Positions 40,022-49,384 of a stretch of 64,000 nt of DNA are shown in pieces; the first letter of the stretch is position 1; every line of letters starts with the position of its first letter. Below the pieces are notes generated by a model. That model made no database searches. It was not told the DNA's origin and was given only the letters and a program-made list of their open reading frames with translations. Source of the DNA: Rhodospirillaceae bacterium (GTDB lineage Bacteria; Pseudomonadota; Alphaproteobacteria; Rhodospirillales; Magnetospirillaceae); NCBI GenBank assembly GCA_036675815.1, contig JAKFEE010000021.1:278328-342327 (forward strand), read 5' to 3'. The translations under genes and the position numbers were made by a program.

Positions 40022-41107
40022 ATGCGTATCGCAGTGTTGGGGGGTGGTCACGGCTGTTATGCCGCCGCCGCCGATCTGGCGGAGAAGGGCCATGAGGTCC
40101 GGTTGTGGCGGCGGGACGCCGAGTCTTTTGCCGAGGTGCTGCGCACCCAGGCCATCATCCTGACCGATGTCGCCGGCACCCGCCGCGTTCGCCTGACGCG
40201 GGCCACCACCGACCTCGGCGCGGCCGTCGAGGGCGCCGAGCTGGTGCTGATCCCACTACCGGCCACCGCCCAGGACGGGCTGCTGCCTGCCGTCGCGCCG
40301 CTGTTGCGCGACGGCCAGGTCGTCTTCCTACCGCCCGGCACCTTCGGCGGCTACATCCTGGCGCAGGCGATGCGGGCGGCCGGCAACGACGCCCGGGTGG
40401 CGATGGCCGAGACCGGCACCCTGCCCTATCTCGCCCGTAAGCACGGCGAAGACCGGGTGACGGTCAGCGTGCGCGCCACCCGCCTGCCCACCGGCGTCTA
40501 TCCCGCCGGCGAAACCGCACGGGCGGTCGCAGTGATCGGTCGGGCCTTTCCAGCCGTCGAGCAGCGCGCCGACCTGCTCGACGGCGCCCTGATGAATGCC
40601 GGCCCCGTCATCCACCCGCCGCTGATCCTGATGAATGCCGGCCCCCTCGAGCATTTCGACGCCTGGGACATTCACAACGAGGGCACCCAGCCATCGATCC
40701 GCCGGGTCACGGATGCTCTGGATGCCGAGCGCGTGCGCCTGCGCGAGGCGCTGGGCTACGGCGAGCCCCACTTTCCGCTGGCCGATCACTACGACGACCG
40801 TCGCGACGAATGGATGTACGGCAGTTCGTCGCACGAGAAGCTGACCGGCAGCGGCGATTGGCGCGAGAAAATCGACCTGCTGAGCCACCGCTACATGCGC
40901 GAGGACATCGCCAAGGGCCTTGTGTTCTACGTCTCGCTCGGCGACTGGGCGGGCGTGCCCATGCCGATCGCCTCGGGCCTGGTGGCCATCGCCTCGGCGG
41001 TCGTCGGCGAGGATCTGCGCCGCCGCGGCCGCTCGTGGGAGTCGCTCGGACTCGCCGGCCATGACCGCGACACGTTGCGCCACCTGTTGCGGACGGGGTT
41101 GGCGTGA
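40022..41107 (+). CDS. NAD/NADP octopine/nopaline (opine) dehydrogenase-family oxidoreductase
   Basis: MRIAVLGGGHGCYAAAADLA Rossmann N-terminus, and ..LMNAGPVIHPPLILMNAGPLE.. typical of the opine dehydrogenase C-domain. Confidence 0.7.
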   Translation: MRIAVLGGGHGCYAAAADLAEKGHEVRLWRRDAESFAEVLRTQAIILTDVAGTRRVRLTRATTDLGAAVEGAELVLIPLPATAQDGLLPAVAPLLRDGQVVFLPPGTFGGYILAQAMRAAGNDARVAMAETGTLPYLARKHGEDRVTVSVRATRLPTGVYPAGETARAVAVIGRAFPAVEQRADLLDGALMNAGPVIHPPLILMNAGPLEHFDAWDIHNEGTQPSIRRVTDALDAERVRLREALGYGEPHFPLADHYDDRRDEWMYGSSSHEKLTGSGDWREKIDLLSHRYMREDIAKGLVFYVSLGDWAGVPMPIASGLVAIASAVVGEDLRRRGRSWESLGLAGHDRDTLRHLLRTGLA

Positions 41108-42090
41108 TGCGCAACATCGTCGCCCTCGGCGCCGGGCGGATGGGCCGCGGCATCGCCCAGGTGTTCGCCTATGCCGGCTATCCGGTGACGCTTCTCGATC
41201 TCAAGCCGCGCTCCGCTACGGCGCGCCAAGCGCTCTTCGACTCGGCCCTGGGCGAAATCGGCGCCAATCTGAATTTCCTTGCCGAGCTTGGCGTGTTCGA
41301 TACCGCCGCCGTGGACGGCATCGTCGCCCGCATCACCCCGGCCGGAGCAGACGCCGCCGGCGCCGTCCTGGCCTCGGCCGATGTCGTGTTCGAGGGCGTT
41401 CCCGAGACCATGGAGGCCAAGCGCGAGGCGCTCGGCATCGTCAGCCGCCATATACCGGCGCAGGCGGTGATCGCCTCGACCACGTCGACGCTGTTGGTCG
41501 ACACCCTGGCCGAGTTCGTCGAGGGCCCGCAGCGCTTCCTCAACGCCCATTGGCTCAATCCCGCCTATCTGATCCCGCTGGTCGAGGTCAGCCCCGGCGA
41601 GCGGACGGACGCGGCCATTACCGACGGCTTCTGCGCATTGCTGGAGAGCGTCGGCAAGGTGCCGGTGCGTTGCAAGGCGTCGCCGGGCTATATCGTGCCG
41701 CGCATTCAGGCCATCGCCATGAACGAGGCGGCACGCCTGGTCGAGGAAGGCGTGGCCACGGCGGAAGACGTCGATCGCGCCATCCGCGTCGGCTTCGGCA
41801 TCCGTTTCGCCGCCATGGGCATGGTCGAGTTCATCGACTGGGGCGGCGGCGACATCCTCTATTACGCGGCCAATTACCTGAAGGGCGCCCTGAACGCCGA
41901 GCGCTACGCACCGCCCGACGTGGTGGTGCACAACATGGCCGAAGGCAGGACCGGCATGCACGCCGGCCAGGGGTTCTACGATTTTCGCGCGGTGGACGTC
42001 GAAGGCTACCGGCGGCAGAAACTGGGCGAGTTCGTCGACTTGATCCGCCACCTCAGGCTGCTGCCGCCGCCGATGGTGGAACGCCCCTGA
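41107..42090 (+). CDS. 3-hydroxyacyl-CoA dehydrogenase-family NAD-binding protein
   Basis: IVALGAGRMGRGIAQVFA..; the HWLNPAYLIPLVEV motif resembles 3HCDH (HFFNP..LVEV). ATG overlaps the upstream stop. Confidence 0.75.
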   Translation: MRNIVALGAGRMGRGIAQVFAYAGYPVTLLDLKPRSATARQALFDSALGEIGANLNFLAELGVFDTAAVDGIVARITPAGADAAGAVLASADVVFEGVPETMEAKREALGIVSRHIPAQAVIASTTSTLLVDTLAEFVEGPQRFLNAHWLNPAYLIPLVEVSPGERTDAAITDGFCALLESVGKVPVRCKASPGYIVPRIQAIAMNEAARLVEEGVATAEDVDRAIRVGFGIRFAAMGMVEFIDWGGGDILYYAANYLKGALNAERYAPPDVVVHNMAEGRTGMHAGQGFYDFRAVDVEGYRRQKLGEFVDLIRHLRLLPPPMVERP

Positions 42091-42177
42091 GTTCGGGGCG
42101 AAACGCGGTCCGGCCTGCATGAGGCTCCCATAGAGGAGCCGGGCCGGAACGGGAACGACAACGACCGGGAGGAAACC

Positions 42178-43161
42178 ATGTTCATGAAACTGACGCGTAC
42201 CGTCGCGCTGGCCGGGTTGGCCGTGGCCGCGACGCTGTCCCTGAGTGCCGCCCACGCCGAGGAGGTGGTGCTGTCGGCGGTCAGCGGCTTCCCCAAGGGC
42301 GCCTCCGATTCGCTACGCTTCGAGGCTTGGGTCGAGGCGCTGAACGAGCGCGGCAAGGGTATCGTCCGCATCGACTACAAGGGCGGCGCCCCCGCCATCG
42401 GCAGCCCGTTCCAACTGGTCAGCCGGGTGGCCTCGGGCGTGTTCGACATGGTCAGCACCACCGGCGGCTACTACACCAACGTCCTGCCCGAGGCCGACGC
42501 TTTCAAGCTGGCCGAGCGCTCGGCCCAGGAACTGCGCCGGAACGGCGGCTATGACTACATCGCCAAGCTGCACGCCGAAAAAGGCCTGCACTATCTCGGC
42601 CGCCACACCGAGAACATGCCCTTCCACCTGTATCTGCGCGGCGGCCGCATGATCGACAAACCCGACCTGAGCGGCCTCAAGATCCGCGTCTCGCCGATCT
42701 ATCGCAACTTCTTCGAGGCCATGGGCGCCGCCGGCCAGAACTCCAACGCCACCGAAATCTACACGCTGATGGAGCGCGGGGTGGTCGACGGCTTCGGCTG
42801 GCCCATCCAGGGCATCTTCGACTTCAGCTGGGAGAAGGTGGTGAAGTATCGGGTCGACCCCGGCTTCTATTCCGCCGACATCCACGTACTGCTCAACAAG
42901 GCGACGTGGGATGGACTGCCGCAGAACGTCCGCGACTTCCTCACCGCCGAGATGAACGCGCTGGAGAAGACGAACGCCGACATCCTCAAGAGAAACGAGG
43001 CCGAGAAGGCCAGGCAAGAGGCCGCCGGCATTGTCGCCATCCGCTTCACGCCCGAGCAGGAGAAGGCGTGGCTGGCGGCCTCCAGGGAGGCCGGCTGGGC
43101 CGGCGTCATCAAGGTCAGCCCCGAGCACGGCCCGAAGCTGAAAGCGCTTCTGGCGAAATGA
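42178..43161 (+). CDS. dctP: TRAP transporter substrate-binding protein (DctP family)
   Basis: Signal peptide (..LSLSAAHA) and a 327-aa periplasmic binding protein, upstream of the DctQ/DctM genes. Confidence 0.75.
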   Translation: MFMKLTRTVALAGLAVAATLSLSAAHAEEVVLSAVSGFPKGASDSLRFEAWVEALNERGKGIVRIDYKGGAPAIGSPFQLVSRVASGVFDMVSTTGGYYTNVLPEADAFKLAERSAQELRRNGGYDYIAKLHAEKGLHYLGRHTENMPFHLYLRGGRMIDKPDLSGLKIRVSPIYRNFFEAMGAAGQNSNATEIYTLMERGVVDGFGWPIQGIFDFSWEKVVKYRVDPGFYSADIHVLLNKATWDGLPQNVRDFLTAEMNALEKTNADILKRNEAEKARQEAAGIVAIRFTPEQEKAWLAASREAGWAGVIKVSPEHGPKLKALLAK

Positions 43162-43227
43162 GAAGCCGAGGGGCCGGCATCCGTCGCCGGCCCCTCGTCT
43201 CGTCTGCTCACGCGAGGAGACCATACG

Positions 43228-43746
43228 ATGTCACCCTGGCGCATCCTGCTCGCCGTACATGAGCGGCTGATCACGATCCTCGGCAATCTCGTCGGCCTCA
43301 TCATCGCCGCCGTCGCTATTCTGATCAGCCTCGAGGTGTTCATGCGCAACACCGGCCTGGGCGGCATCGACTGGCTCAACGAGGCCATCGAATACAGCTT
43401 CTACGTCGGCACCTTCGCCGCCGCCCCGTGGGCGCTCCATCAGGGCGCCCACGTGCGCGTCGACCTCGTCCTCAACCTGTTGCCGAAACGCGCCGCGGTG
43501 GCGGTGGAAAAGCTCGCCGACGCGGTGGGCGCGGGCATCTGCCTCGTCCTCGTCTACTACGGTATCCAGAGCGTCTTGCACGCCTACGTCAGCAACAGCA
43601 TCCAGTACAAGACGCTGGCCGTTCCCGAATGGCCGCTGTTCGCGGTCGTGCCGATCTGCGCACTGCTGCTTGCCGTCGAGTTCGTGGCGCGGTTCGCGCG
43701 TGCCGCACAGGTCGACGACGGCACCGCCTCGCGCGCCGGGTGCTGA
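43228..43746 (+). CDS. dctQ: TRAP transporter small permease (DctQ family)
   Basis: 172 aa with four TM helices, positioned between the binding protein and the large permease. Confidence 0.75.
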   Translation: MSPWRILLAVHERLITILGNLVGLIIAAVAILISLEVFMRNTGLGGIDWLNEAIEYSFYVGTFAAAPWALHQGAHVRVDLVLNLLPKRAAVAVEKLADAVGAGICLVLVYYGIQSVLHAYVSNSIQYKTLAVPEWPLFAVVPICALLLAVEFVARFARAAQVDDGTASRAGC

Positions 43747-43748
43747 CC

Positions 43749-45062
43749 ATGGAATGGTATGCCGCCCTCATCCTCATGCTGGCGCTGGTCATCGGCGGCA
43801 TGGCCATCGGCCTGCCGGTAGCCTTCGCCTTTTTCGCCGCCAATCTGGTCGGCGCCGTGATTTTCCTTGGCGGCAGCATCGGCCTGAGCAGCCTGGTGCC
43901 GGAGATCCTCGAAGCCACCGCCAATTTCACCTTCGTCCCCATCCCGCTGTTCCTGCTGATGGGTGAGATCCTGTTCCACACCGGCGTCGCCTTCCGCGCC
44001 ATCGAGGCGGTCGACCGGCTGATCGCGCGGGTGCCGGGGCGGCTGTCGATCGTCGCCATCATCGGCGGCACGGTGTTCTCGGCGCTGTCCGGCTCGACCG
44101 TCGCCAACACGGCGATGCTGGGCAGCGTGTTGCTCCCCGACATGCTGAAACGCGGCTACAAGCCGGTGATCGCCATGGGGCCGATCATGGCGGTGGGCGG
44201 CATCGCCATGCTGATCCCGCCGTCGGCCCTGGCCGTGCTGCTCGGCAGCCTGGCCAACATCTCGGTGTCGCAGCTGCTGATCGCCGGCATCATTCCCGGC
44301 GTGCTGATGAGCGTGCTGTTCATCGGCTACGTGGTCGGCCGCTGCGCCCTCGACCCCGAGCTGGCACCCAGCGATGACATCGCCGCCCTGCCCTTGCGGG
44401 AACGCGTGATGCCGTTCCTGATCTACGTGGTGCCGCTGTCCGGCATCTTTGCCGTGGTCGTCGGCAGCATCTTCTCGGGCTGGGCGTCGCCGTCCGAGGC
44501 GGCGGCGCTGGGCTGCGTAGCGGCGGCGGTGGCCTCGGCCGCCTACCGTTCCTTGACCCTCGAAGCCTTGGTTAAATCCTTGCGCGAGACCAGCAAGGTG
44601 ACGGCGATGATCCTGCTGATTATCGCCGGATCGCTCACCTTCTCGCAGATACTGGCGATTTCCGGCGCCACCGACGGGTTGCTGCGGGCGATGAACGCGC
44701 TCGACATGTCGACGCTGGGCGCCGTGCTGCTGATGCTGGGCGTGCTGCTGTTCCTCGGCGCCTTCATGGACCAGGTAAGCATGCTGCTGCTCACCCTGCC
44801 GTTCTTCCTGCCCCTGGCCGCATCATTCGGCATCGACATGCTGTGGCTGGGCGTGCTGTTCCTGATCGCCATGGAGATCAGCCTGCTGACGCCGCCGTTC
44901 GGCCTGTTGCTGTTCGTCATGCGCGGCGTCGCCCCCGGCCATATCGGCATGCGCGAGGTCTACGCCGCGGCGACGCCGTTCATTCTGCTGGAGATGCTGG
45001 TGCTGGCCATCCTGGTGGCCGTCCCCGCCCTCGGCACTTGGCTGCCGCGCCTGATCGACTGA
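43749..45062 (+). CDS. dctM: TRAP transporter large permease (DctM family)
   Basis: Internal ATG 43749, 3 nt after the dctQ stop. About 437 aa, polytopic, with a ..SGSTVANTAMLG.. motif. Confidence 0.85.
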   Translation: MEWYAALILMLALVIGGMAIGLPVAFAFFAANLVGAVIFLGGSIGLSSLVPEILEATANFTFVPIPLFLLMGEILFHTGVAFRAIEAVDRLIARVPGRLSIVAIIGGTVFSALSGSTVANTAMLGSVLLPDMLKRGYKPVIAMGPIMAVGGIAMLIPPSALAVLLGSLANISVSQLLIAGIIPGVLMSVLFIGYVVGRCALDPELAPSDDIAALPLRERVMPFLIYVVPLSGIFAVVVGSIFSGWASPSEAAALGCVAAAVASAAYRSLTLEALVKSLRETSKVTAMILLIIAGSLTFSQILAISGATDGLLRAMNALDMSTLGAVLLMLGVLLFLGAFMDQVSMLLLTLPFFLPLAASFGIDMLWLGVLFLIAMEISLLTPPFGLLLFVMRGVAPGHIGMREVYAAATPFILLEMLVLAILVAVPALGTWLPRLID

Positions 45063-45075
45063 AGGAGGACCGACG

Positions 45076-45387
45076 ATGATCGCCGAAGTGGTGAGTTTTC
45101 AGCTTCCCCCCGCCATGAGCCGCGCCGAGGCGCTGGCCGCCGCCCGCGCCACCGTCGAGAAGTGGCAGGCCAACCCCGACCTGATCCGCAAGCATTACCT
45201 GCTGGAGGAGGGCAACCGCACCACCGGCTTCTACCTGTGGACCTCGCGCGAGGCCGCCGAACGCGCCCACGACGAGGCCTTCCGCCGGAACGTGCGCGAG
45301 CGCTTCGGCAGCGACCCCGTCATCCGCTATTTCGACGTGCTCTTGGTGCTCGACAACCGCACCGGCGAGGCGGTGGAGGAGTTGTGA
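45076..45387 (+). CDS. YdhR-like / dimeric alpha-beta barrel (putative monooxygenase) family protein
   Basis: 103 aa; ..KWQANPDLIRKHYLLEE..TTGFYLW.SREAAE.. resembles YdhR. GGAGGA RBS. Confidence 0.55.
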   Translation: MIAEVVSFQLPPAMSRAEALAAARATVEKWQANPDLIRKHYLLEEGNRTTGFYLWTSREAAERAHDEAFRRNVRERFGSDPVIRYFDVLLVLDNRTGEAVEEL

Positions 45388-45395
45388 GGCGGGGC

Positions 45396-45440
45396 GCGGA
45401 GCTCCAGCTCCGCAAGACGCGGGCGGAGCTGGAGCTCCGC
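45396..45440. repeat. REP pair in inverted orientation (gcggagctCCagctccgc at 45396-45413; gcggagctGGagctccgc at 45423-45440)
   Basis: Each unit is an 8-bp stem with a 2-nt loop. The two units are exact reverse complements, including the gcgc flank. Confidence 0.85.
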
Positions 45441-45451
45441 GCTCCGGCCAC

Positions 45452-45486
45452 AAAAAAGGCCCAGCCGTTACCGGACCGGGCCTTTT
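45452..45486. terminator. bidirectional rho-independent terminator between the ydhR-like gene and tRNA-Ala
   Basis: aaaaaa-ggccc..(15-nt loop)..gggcc-tttt; 8-bp stem aaaggccc/gggccttt. Confidence 0.6.
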
Positions 45487-45494
45487 CGGGAACT

Positions 45495-45570
45495 TGGTGG
45501 AGCTGAGGGGAATCGAACCCCTGACCTCTGCAGTGCGATTGCAGCGCTCTCCCATCTGAGCTACAGCCCC
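45495..45570 (-). tRNA. tRNA-Ala (anticodon CGC)
   Basis: The reverse complement is GGGGCTGTAGCTCAGATGGGAGAGCGCTGCAATCGCACTGCAGAGGTCAGGGGTTCGATTCCCCTCAGCTCCACCA. It has the G3:U70 Ala identity pair and an anticodon loop atCGCac; 76 nt. Confidence 0.9.
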
Positions 45571-45735
45571 GAAAGAGGGCGCGATATTGCGCGAGGCCCC
45601 TGCCCCTGTCAAGGGTCGCCAGCGTACGATTTTTGCACCGGCGACACATTTATATAGGCGCCACGACAGCTTGCGCCCAGGGCACCATACCGGTAGGTTA
45701 CGCACAACCTCCGCGGACGCAACGAAGGCCTCGAG

Positions 45736-46032
45736 ATGGACATAGTCCTGGTGCCGCTGCTGCAGATCATCTACTTCGCCATCGAGCTCTATATCTGGGT
45801 GCTCATCATCACGGCGATCCTGAGCTGGCTGGTCGCCTTCAACGTCGTCAACACGCGCAACCGCTTCGTCTACACGGTGATGGACATCGGCTACCGTGTC
45901 ACCGAACCGGCGCTGCGGCCGATCCGCCGCTGGCTGCCGAATACGGGCGGCATGGATTTCTCGCCGCTGGTGCTGATTTTCGGTCTGTGGTTCGTCCAGC
46001 TTGTCATCCAACGCCTCATGTTCGCCATCTGA
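45736..46032 (+). CDS. YggT family membrane protein
   Basis: 98 aa, two TM; ..YIWVLIITAILSW..EPALRPIRR.LP..GGMDFSPLV. Confidence 0.85.
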   Translation: MDIVLVPLLQIIYFAIELYIWVLIITAILSWLVAFNVVNTRNRFVYTVMDIGYRVTEPALRPIRRWLPNTGGMDFSPLVLIFGLWFVQLVIQRLMFAI

Positions 46033-46354
46033 CGGCGCCTCGCCGTTCACCGAGACCGCGGCCGGCCTCAAGCTGGCGGTGCGGCTGACGCCCAAGGCGG
46101 CGCGCGACCGCATCGACGGCGTCGCCGCCGAGGCCGACGGCGGCAGCGTGTTGAAGGTCGGCGTCACCGCCGTGCCCGAGGACGGCAAGGCCAATGCGGC
46201 GCTGATCAAGCTGCTGGCCAAACAGTGGAAGCTGCCGAAGATGGCCATCGCCATCACCGCCGGCGCCACCGACCGCCGCAAGACCCTCATCATCGCCGGC
46301 GACGCCGCCGAGTTGCGCCGGCGGCTCGAGCAGTGGATCAAGGAACACGCATGA
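46001..46354 (+). CDS. DUF167 (YggU) family protein
   Basis: ..[46 protein letters not shown]. The only upstream in-frame start is TTG 46001, which overlaps yggT by 32 nt, so the start is uncertain. Confidence 0.7.
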   Translation: MSSNASCSPSDGASPFTETAAGLKLAVRLTPKAARDRIDGVAAEADGGSVLKVGVTAVPEDGKANAALIKLLAKQWKLPKMAIAITAGATDRRKTLIIAGDAAELRRRLEQWIKEHA

Positions 46355-47253
46355 CCCAGGCCAAGATCATCGACGGCAACGCCTTCTCCGCCGCGTTGCG
46401 CGACAAGCTCACCGCCGCCGTGCGCGACGTGCAGGCAAAGCACGGCCTGGTGCCCGGTCTGGCGGTGGTGCTGGTGGGCAGCGATCCCGCTAGCCAGGTC
46501 TATGTGCGCAACAAGAACAAGCGCGCCGCCGAGACCGGTATGCGCTCGTTCGAGCACATGCTGCCCGAGACCACCAGCCAGGACGAACTGCTGGCCCTGG
46601 TCGACAGGCTCAATCGCGATCCCGAGGTGCACGGCATCCTGGTGCAGCTGCCGCTGCCCAAGCACATCGACGAACACCGCGTGATCGAGGCCATCGACCC
46701 GGCCAAGGACGTCGACGGCTTCCACCCGTGGAACGCCGGCATGCTGGCCACCGGCGGCGCCGGCATGGTGCCGTGCACGCCGCTCGGCTGCCTGATGCTG
46801 CTCAAGGATACGCTGGGTGACCTGTCGGGCAAGGAGGCGGTGGTGGTCGGCCGCTCCAACATCGTCGGCAAGCCGATGGCGCAACTGCTGCTGCGCGAGA
46901 GCTGCACGGTGACAGTCGCCCATTCGCGCACCCGCGACCTGCCCGGCGTGGTGCGCCGCGCCGACCTCGTCGTCGCCGCCGTCGGCAGGCCCGAGATGGT
47001 GCGCGGCGATTGGATCAAGCCCGGCGCCACCGTCATCGACGTCGGCATCAACCGCACCGCCGCCGCCGAACCAGGCAAGACCCGCCTGGTCGGCGACGTC
47101 GCCTTCGCCGAGGCCGCCCAAGTCGCCGGCGCCATCACCCCGGTGCCCGGCGGCGTCGGCCCGATGACCATCGCCGTGCTGCTGCGCAACACCCTGGTGG
47201 CGGCGTGCCGCCAGACCCGCGTGCCGGCGCCGCCGGTCGACGAGTGGGCCTAG
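46351..47253 (+). CDS. folD: bifunctional methylenetetrahydrofolate dehydrogenase / methenyl-THF cyclohydrolase
   Basis: [56 protein letters not shown]. The ATG overlaps the upstream stop. Confidence 0.93.
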   Translation: MTQAKIIDGNAFSAALRDKLTAAVRDVQAKHGLVPGLAVVLVGSDPASQVYVRNKNKRAAETGMRSFEHMLPETTSQDELLALVDRLNRDPEVHGILVQLPLPKHIDEHRVIEAIDPAKDVDGFHPWNAGMLATGGAGMVPCTPLGCLMLLKDTLGDLSGKEAVVVGRSNIVGKPMAQLLLRESCTVTVAHSRTRDLPGVVRRADLVVAAVGRPEMVRGDWIKPGATVIDVGINRTAAAEPGKTRLVGDVAFAEAAQVAGAITPVPGGVGPMTIAVLLRNTLVAACRQTRVPAPPVDEWA

Positions 47254-47260
47254 GTCGCCG

Positions 47261-47926
47261 ATGACGCTCAGCCTTGCCCACCTGACCGTCGCCATGCTGG
47301 CCTTCCTCGCCACGCATGCCATTCCGGCGCGCGCCGGGCTGCGCGACCGCGGCATCGCCCGCTTCGGCAACACCGGCTATCATTTGCTTTATTCGCTGCT
47401 GTCCATCGGCGTGGTGGTGTGGCTGGCCTACGCCTATTCCCGGGCCGATTTCGTGGCGGTGTGGGACCAGGAGCTGTGGATGCGCTGGGTGCCGCCGCTG
47501 GTCATGCTGCCGGTCTGCCTGCTGCTGGTGGCGGGGTTGAGCACGCCGAATCCGTTCTCGATCGGCATCGGCGGGCGCGGCTTCAATCCCAATCGGCCGG
47601 GCATCCTGCGCCTGACCCGCCATCCGCTGCTGTGGGCCATGATGCTGTGGGCCGGCGCGCACATCGTGCCCAACGGTGACGTCGCCTCGCTCATCCTGTT
47701 CGCGCCGCTGCTGCTGCTGGCAATGGTCGGCCCCTTCCTGATGGAGCGCAAGCGCCGGCGCACCTTCGGCGTCGATTTCGATGCACTGGCCCGCAACACC
47801 CGCCGCCCCAGCCGGGCGCTGCTCGGCGAAATCGGTTGGTGGCGCGGCACCGGCGCGCTGGCGCTCTATGTCGTGTTAATCCTGTTGCACCCGTCGGTGA
47901 TCGGCGTTTCCCCCTTGCCCCATTGA
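47261..47926 (+). CDS. NnrU family membrane protein
   Basis: ..RLTRHPLLWAMMLWAGAHIVPNGD..; polytopic, 221 aa. Confidence 0.75.
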   Translation: MTLSLAHLTVAMLAFLATHAIPARAGLRDRGIARFGNTGYHLLYSLLSIGVVVWLAYAYSRADFVAVWDQELWMRWVPPLVMLPVCLLLVAGLSTPNPFSIGIGGRGFNPNRPGILRLTRHPLLWAMMLWAGAHIVPNGDVASLILFAPLLLLAMVGPFLMERKRRRTFGVDFDALARNTRRPSRALLGEIGWWRGTGALALYVVLILLHPSVIGVSPLPH

Positions 47927-47987
47927 CCATGCGCCACTACCCTGGCGCCAAAACGAACAAACAAAATAAAATTATGGGGAGAGAACG

Positions 47988-48104
47988 ATGCTTCTGCGCA
48001 TCGCCGTCGCCGCCGTCCTGGCGTCGCTGTTGCTGGCCTTTGGCATTCCGGCCCGTGCCCAGCCGCACACCGGACCCGTCGCGTCGCAGACGGAGGGGAT
48101 TTGA
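47988..48104 (+). CDS. candidate 38-aa signal-peptide-bearing micro-ORF (MLLRIAVAAVLASLLLAFGIPARA/QPHTGPVASQTEGI)
   Basis: Not in the track. ATG is preceded by GGGGAGAGA, third-position GC is high, and there is an AxA cleavage-like site. Confidence 0.3.
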   Translation: MLLRIAVAAVLASLLLAFGIPARAQPHTGPVASQTEGI

Positions 48105-48134
48105 CCGGCGCCCGGCCAATGCTAGAGTTGGCCT

Positions 48135-48344
48135 ATGAGCCGTCCCATCGATTCGGTTGCCCAGCCCGCCACCGGTGTCGCCGCCATCCGCACGCCGGCG
48201 CGCGACCAGCGCGCCTTGCTCGCCCATGGCGACCACGCAACCGGCGGGCCGGGCCTCAAACGTGAGCCGGGCTGGAAAGTGAATGTGGCCGGCCCCTTCG
48301 ATCCGGCGGCCCCGCGCGGCACCTATCTCGACATCCTGGTCTAG
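48135..48344 (+). CDS. hypothetical 69-aa protein (C-terminal ..PRGTYLDILV)
   Basis: Third-position GC is high across the whole ORF. I recognise no family, and the RBS is weak. Confidence 0.45.
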   Translation: MSRPIDSVAQPATGVAAIRTPARDQRALLAHGDHATGGPGLKREPGWKVNVAGPFDPAAPRGTYLDILV

Positions 48345-48630
48345 GCAGACGACGGACTCGCTCGGCGAGCGCGGATTCGCTCACAGAACCGACTTCGGAC
48401 ATATCGCTTTTCGGTCACGCTTAGGTCGCAGCCCGTTGTCGCTCGGCAGCGCGCAAGAAGCTTGCCGTCAAATTCAGGAGGAACTCCGCGCTGACCTCCT
48501 GCCCAGAAAGCGGCAATTCCCGAAAGGTCTCTTTCCGAGATTTCTTTTGCCAGATGATCGACCACGATATCAAACCGCGAGTTTGCGCGAACAGATAACC
48601 CGCATCGACGAAGATGGCTGTCCGATCCAT
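48345..48630 (-). pseudogene. frameshifted, truncated gene remnant (NYN/LabA-like N-terminus MDRTAIFVDAGYLFAQ)
   Basis: A good RBS (AGGGGGAG) precedes ATG 48630. After about 20 codons, plausible protein sequence continues in a second frame (track ORF 48341..48565). GC is lower than in the flanks. Confidence 0.4.
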
Positions 48631-48829
48631 CGCTCCCCCTAGAAATAGTAAAGGGCCCCCGCAGGAGCCCTTCTTGTAGGCCGCCGCGACCTCAGTTCAT
48701 TAGCGAGGTCCCAGCGGGATAGCACTGATATATCTGACCCCGAACATTCGTGCAAGTATCCATACGACGCACTCACGACGCGCTCGCTTTCACCTTGCAC
48801 CCCATCCCCCGGCACGACACCATGTCGCG

Positions 48830-49369
48830 ATGAGCCAATCCCAGACCACCTCTGGTCCGAGCATTCGCCAGATCCCCGCCGGGGACGATCGCCCTCGCCT
48901 GGTGTGTGGCGATTGCGGCTTCATCCTCTATGAGAACCCGAAGATCATCGTCGGCGCCGTGTGTACCTGGGAAGACCGCTACCTGCTGTGCAAGCGCGCC
49001 ATCGAGCCGCGGCGCGGCTTCTGGACGATGCCTGCCGGCTACATGGAGCTCAACGAAACCAGCGAGGAAGGCGCCGCGCGCGAGGTGTGGGAGGAGGCGC
49101 GCGCCCGCGTGCAGATCGACGGCCTGATTGCCGTCTACAACATCCCCCGCATCAGCCAGGTCCACCTCATCTATCGCGGCCATATGCTGACGCCCGATTT
49201 CGACAAGGGGATCGAGAGCGAAGACGTGGCGCTGTTCCGCTGGGAAGAGATTCCGTGGGACGATTTGGCCTATCCCAACGTTGCCTGGTCGTTGCGCCAC
49301 GAACGCGACCTCAAGGGCCAGCACGACTTCGCCCCGCGCGGCCTGCCCGCCGAGCATCACGGCGGGTAG
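48830..49369 (+). CDS. NUDIX hydrolase with N-terminal zinc ribbon
   Basis: CGDCGF..; Nudix box [28 protein letters not shown]. Confidence 0.85.
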   Translation: MSQSQTTSGPSIRQIPAGDDRPRLVCGDCGFILYENPKIIVGAVCTWEDRYLLCKRAIEPRRGFWTMPAGYMELNETSEEGAAREVWEEARARVQIDGLIAVYNIPRISQVHLIYRGHMLTPDFDKGIESEDVALFRWEEIPWDDLAYPNVAWSLRHERDLKGQHDFAPRGLPAEHHGG

Positions 49370-49384
49370 CCGCTTTCGGCTCGC

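Noticed and set aside
44980-47373. Very long ORFs antisense to or out of frame with confidently identified genes. Examples: 44980..47373 (-) 797 aa, 52744..54945 (-) 733 aa, 27633..29855 (+) 740 aa, 58736..61489 (-) 917 aa, 18207..19724 (+) 505 aa and 11419..12843 (-) 474 aa.
   Set aside because: Their translations are Arg/Ala/Gly/Pro-rich low-complexity sequence typical of shadow frames in ~67% GC DNA. Each lies over a gene with strong family motifs (folD/tRNA region, flagellar genes, gltBD, alaS, yidC, phaC).
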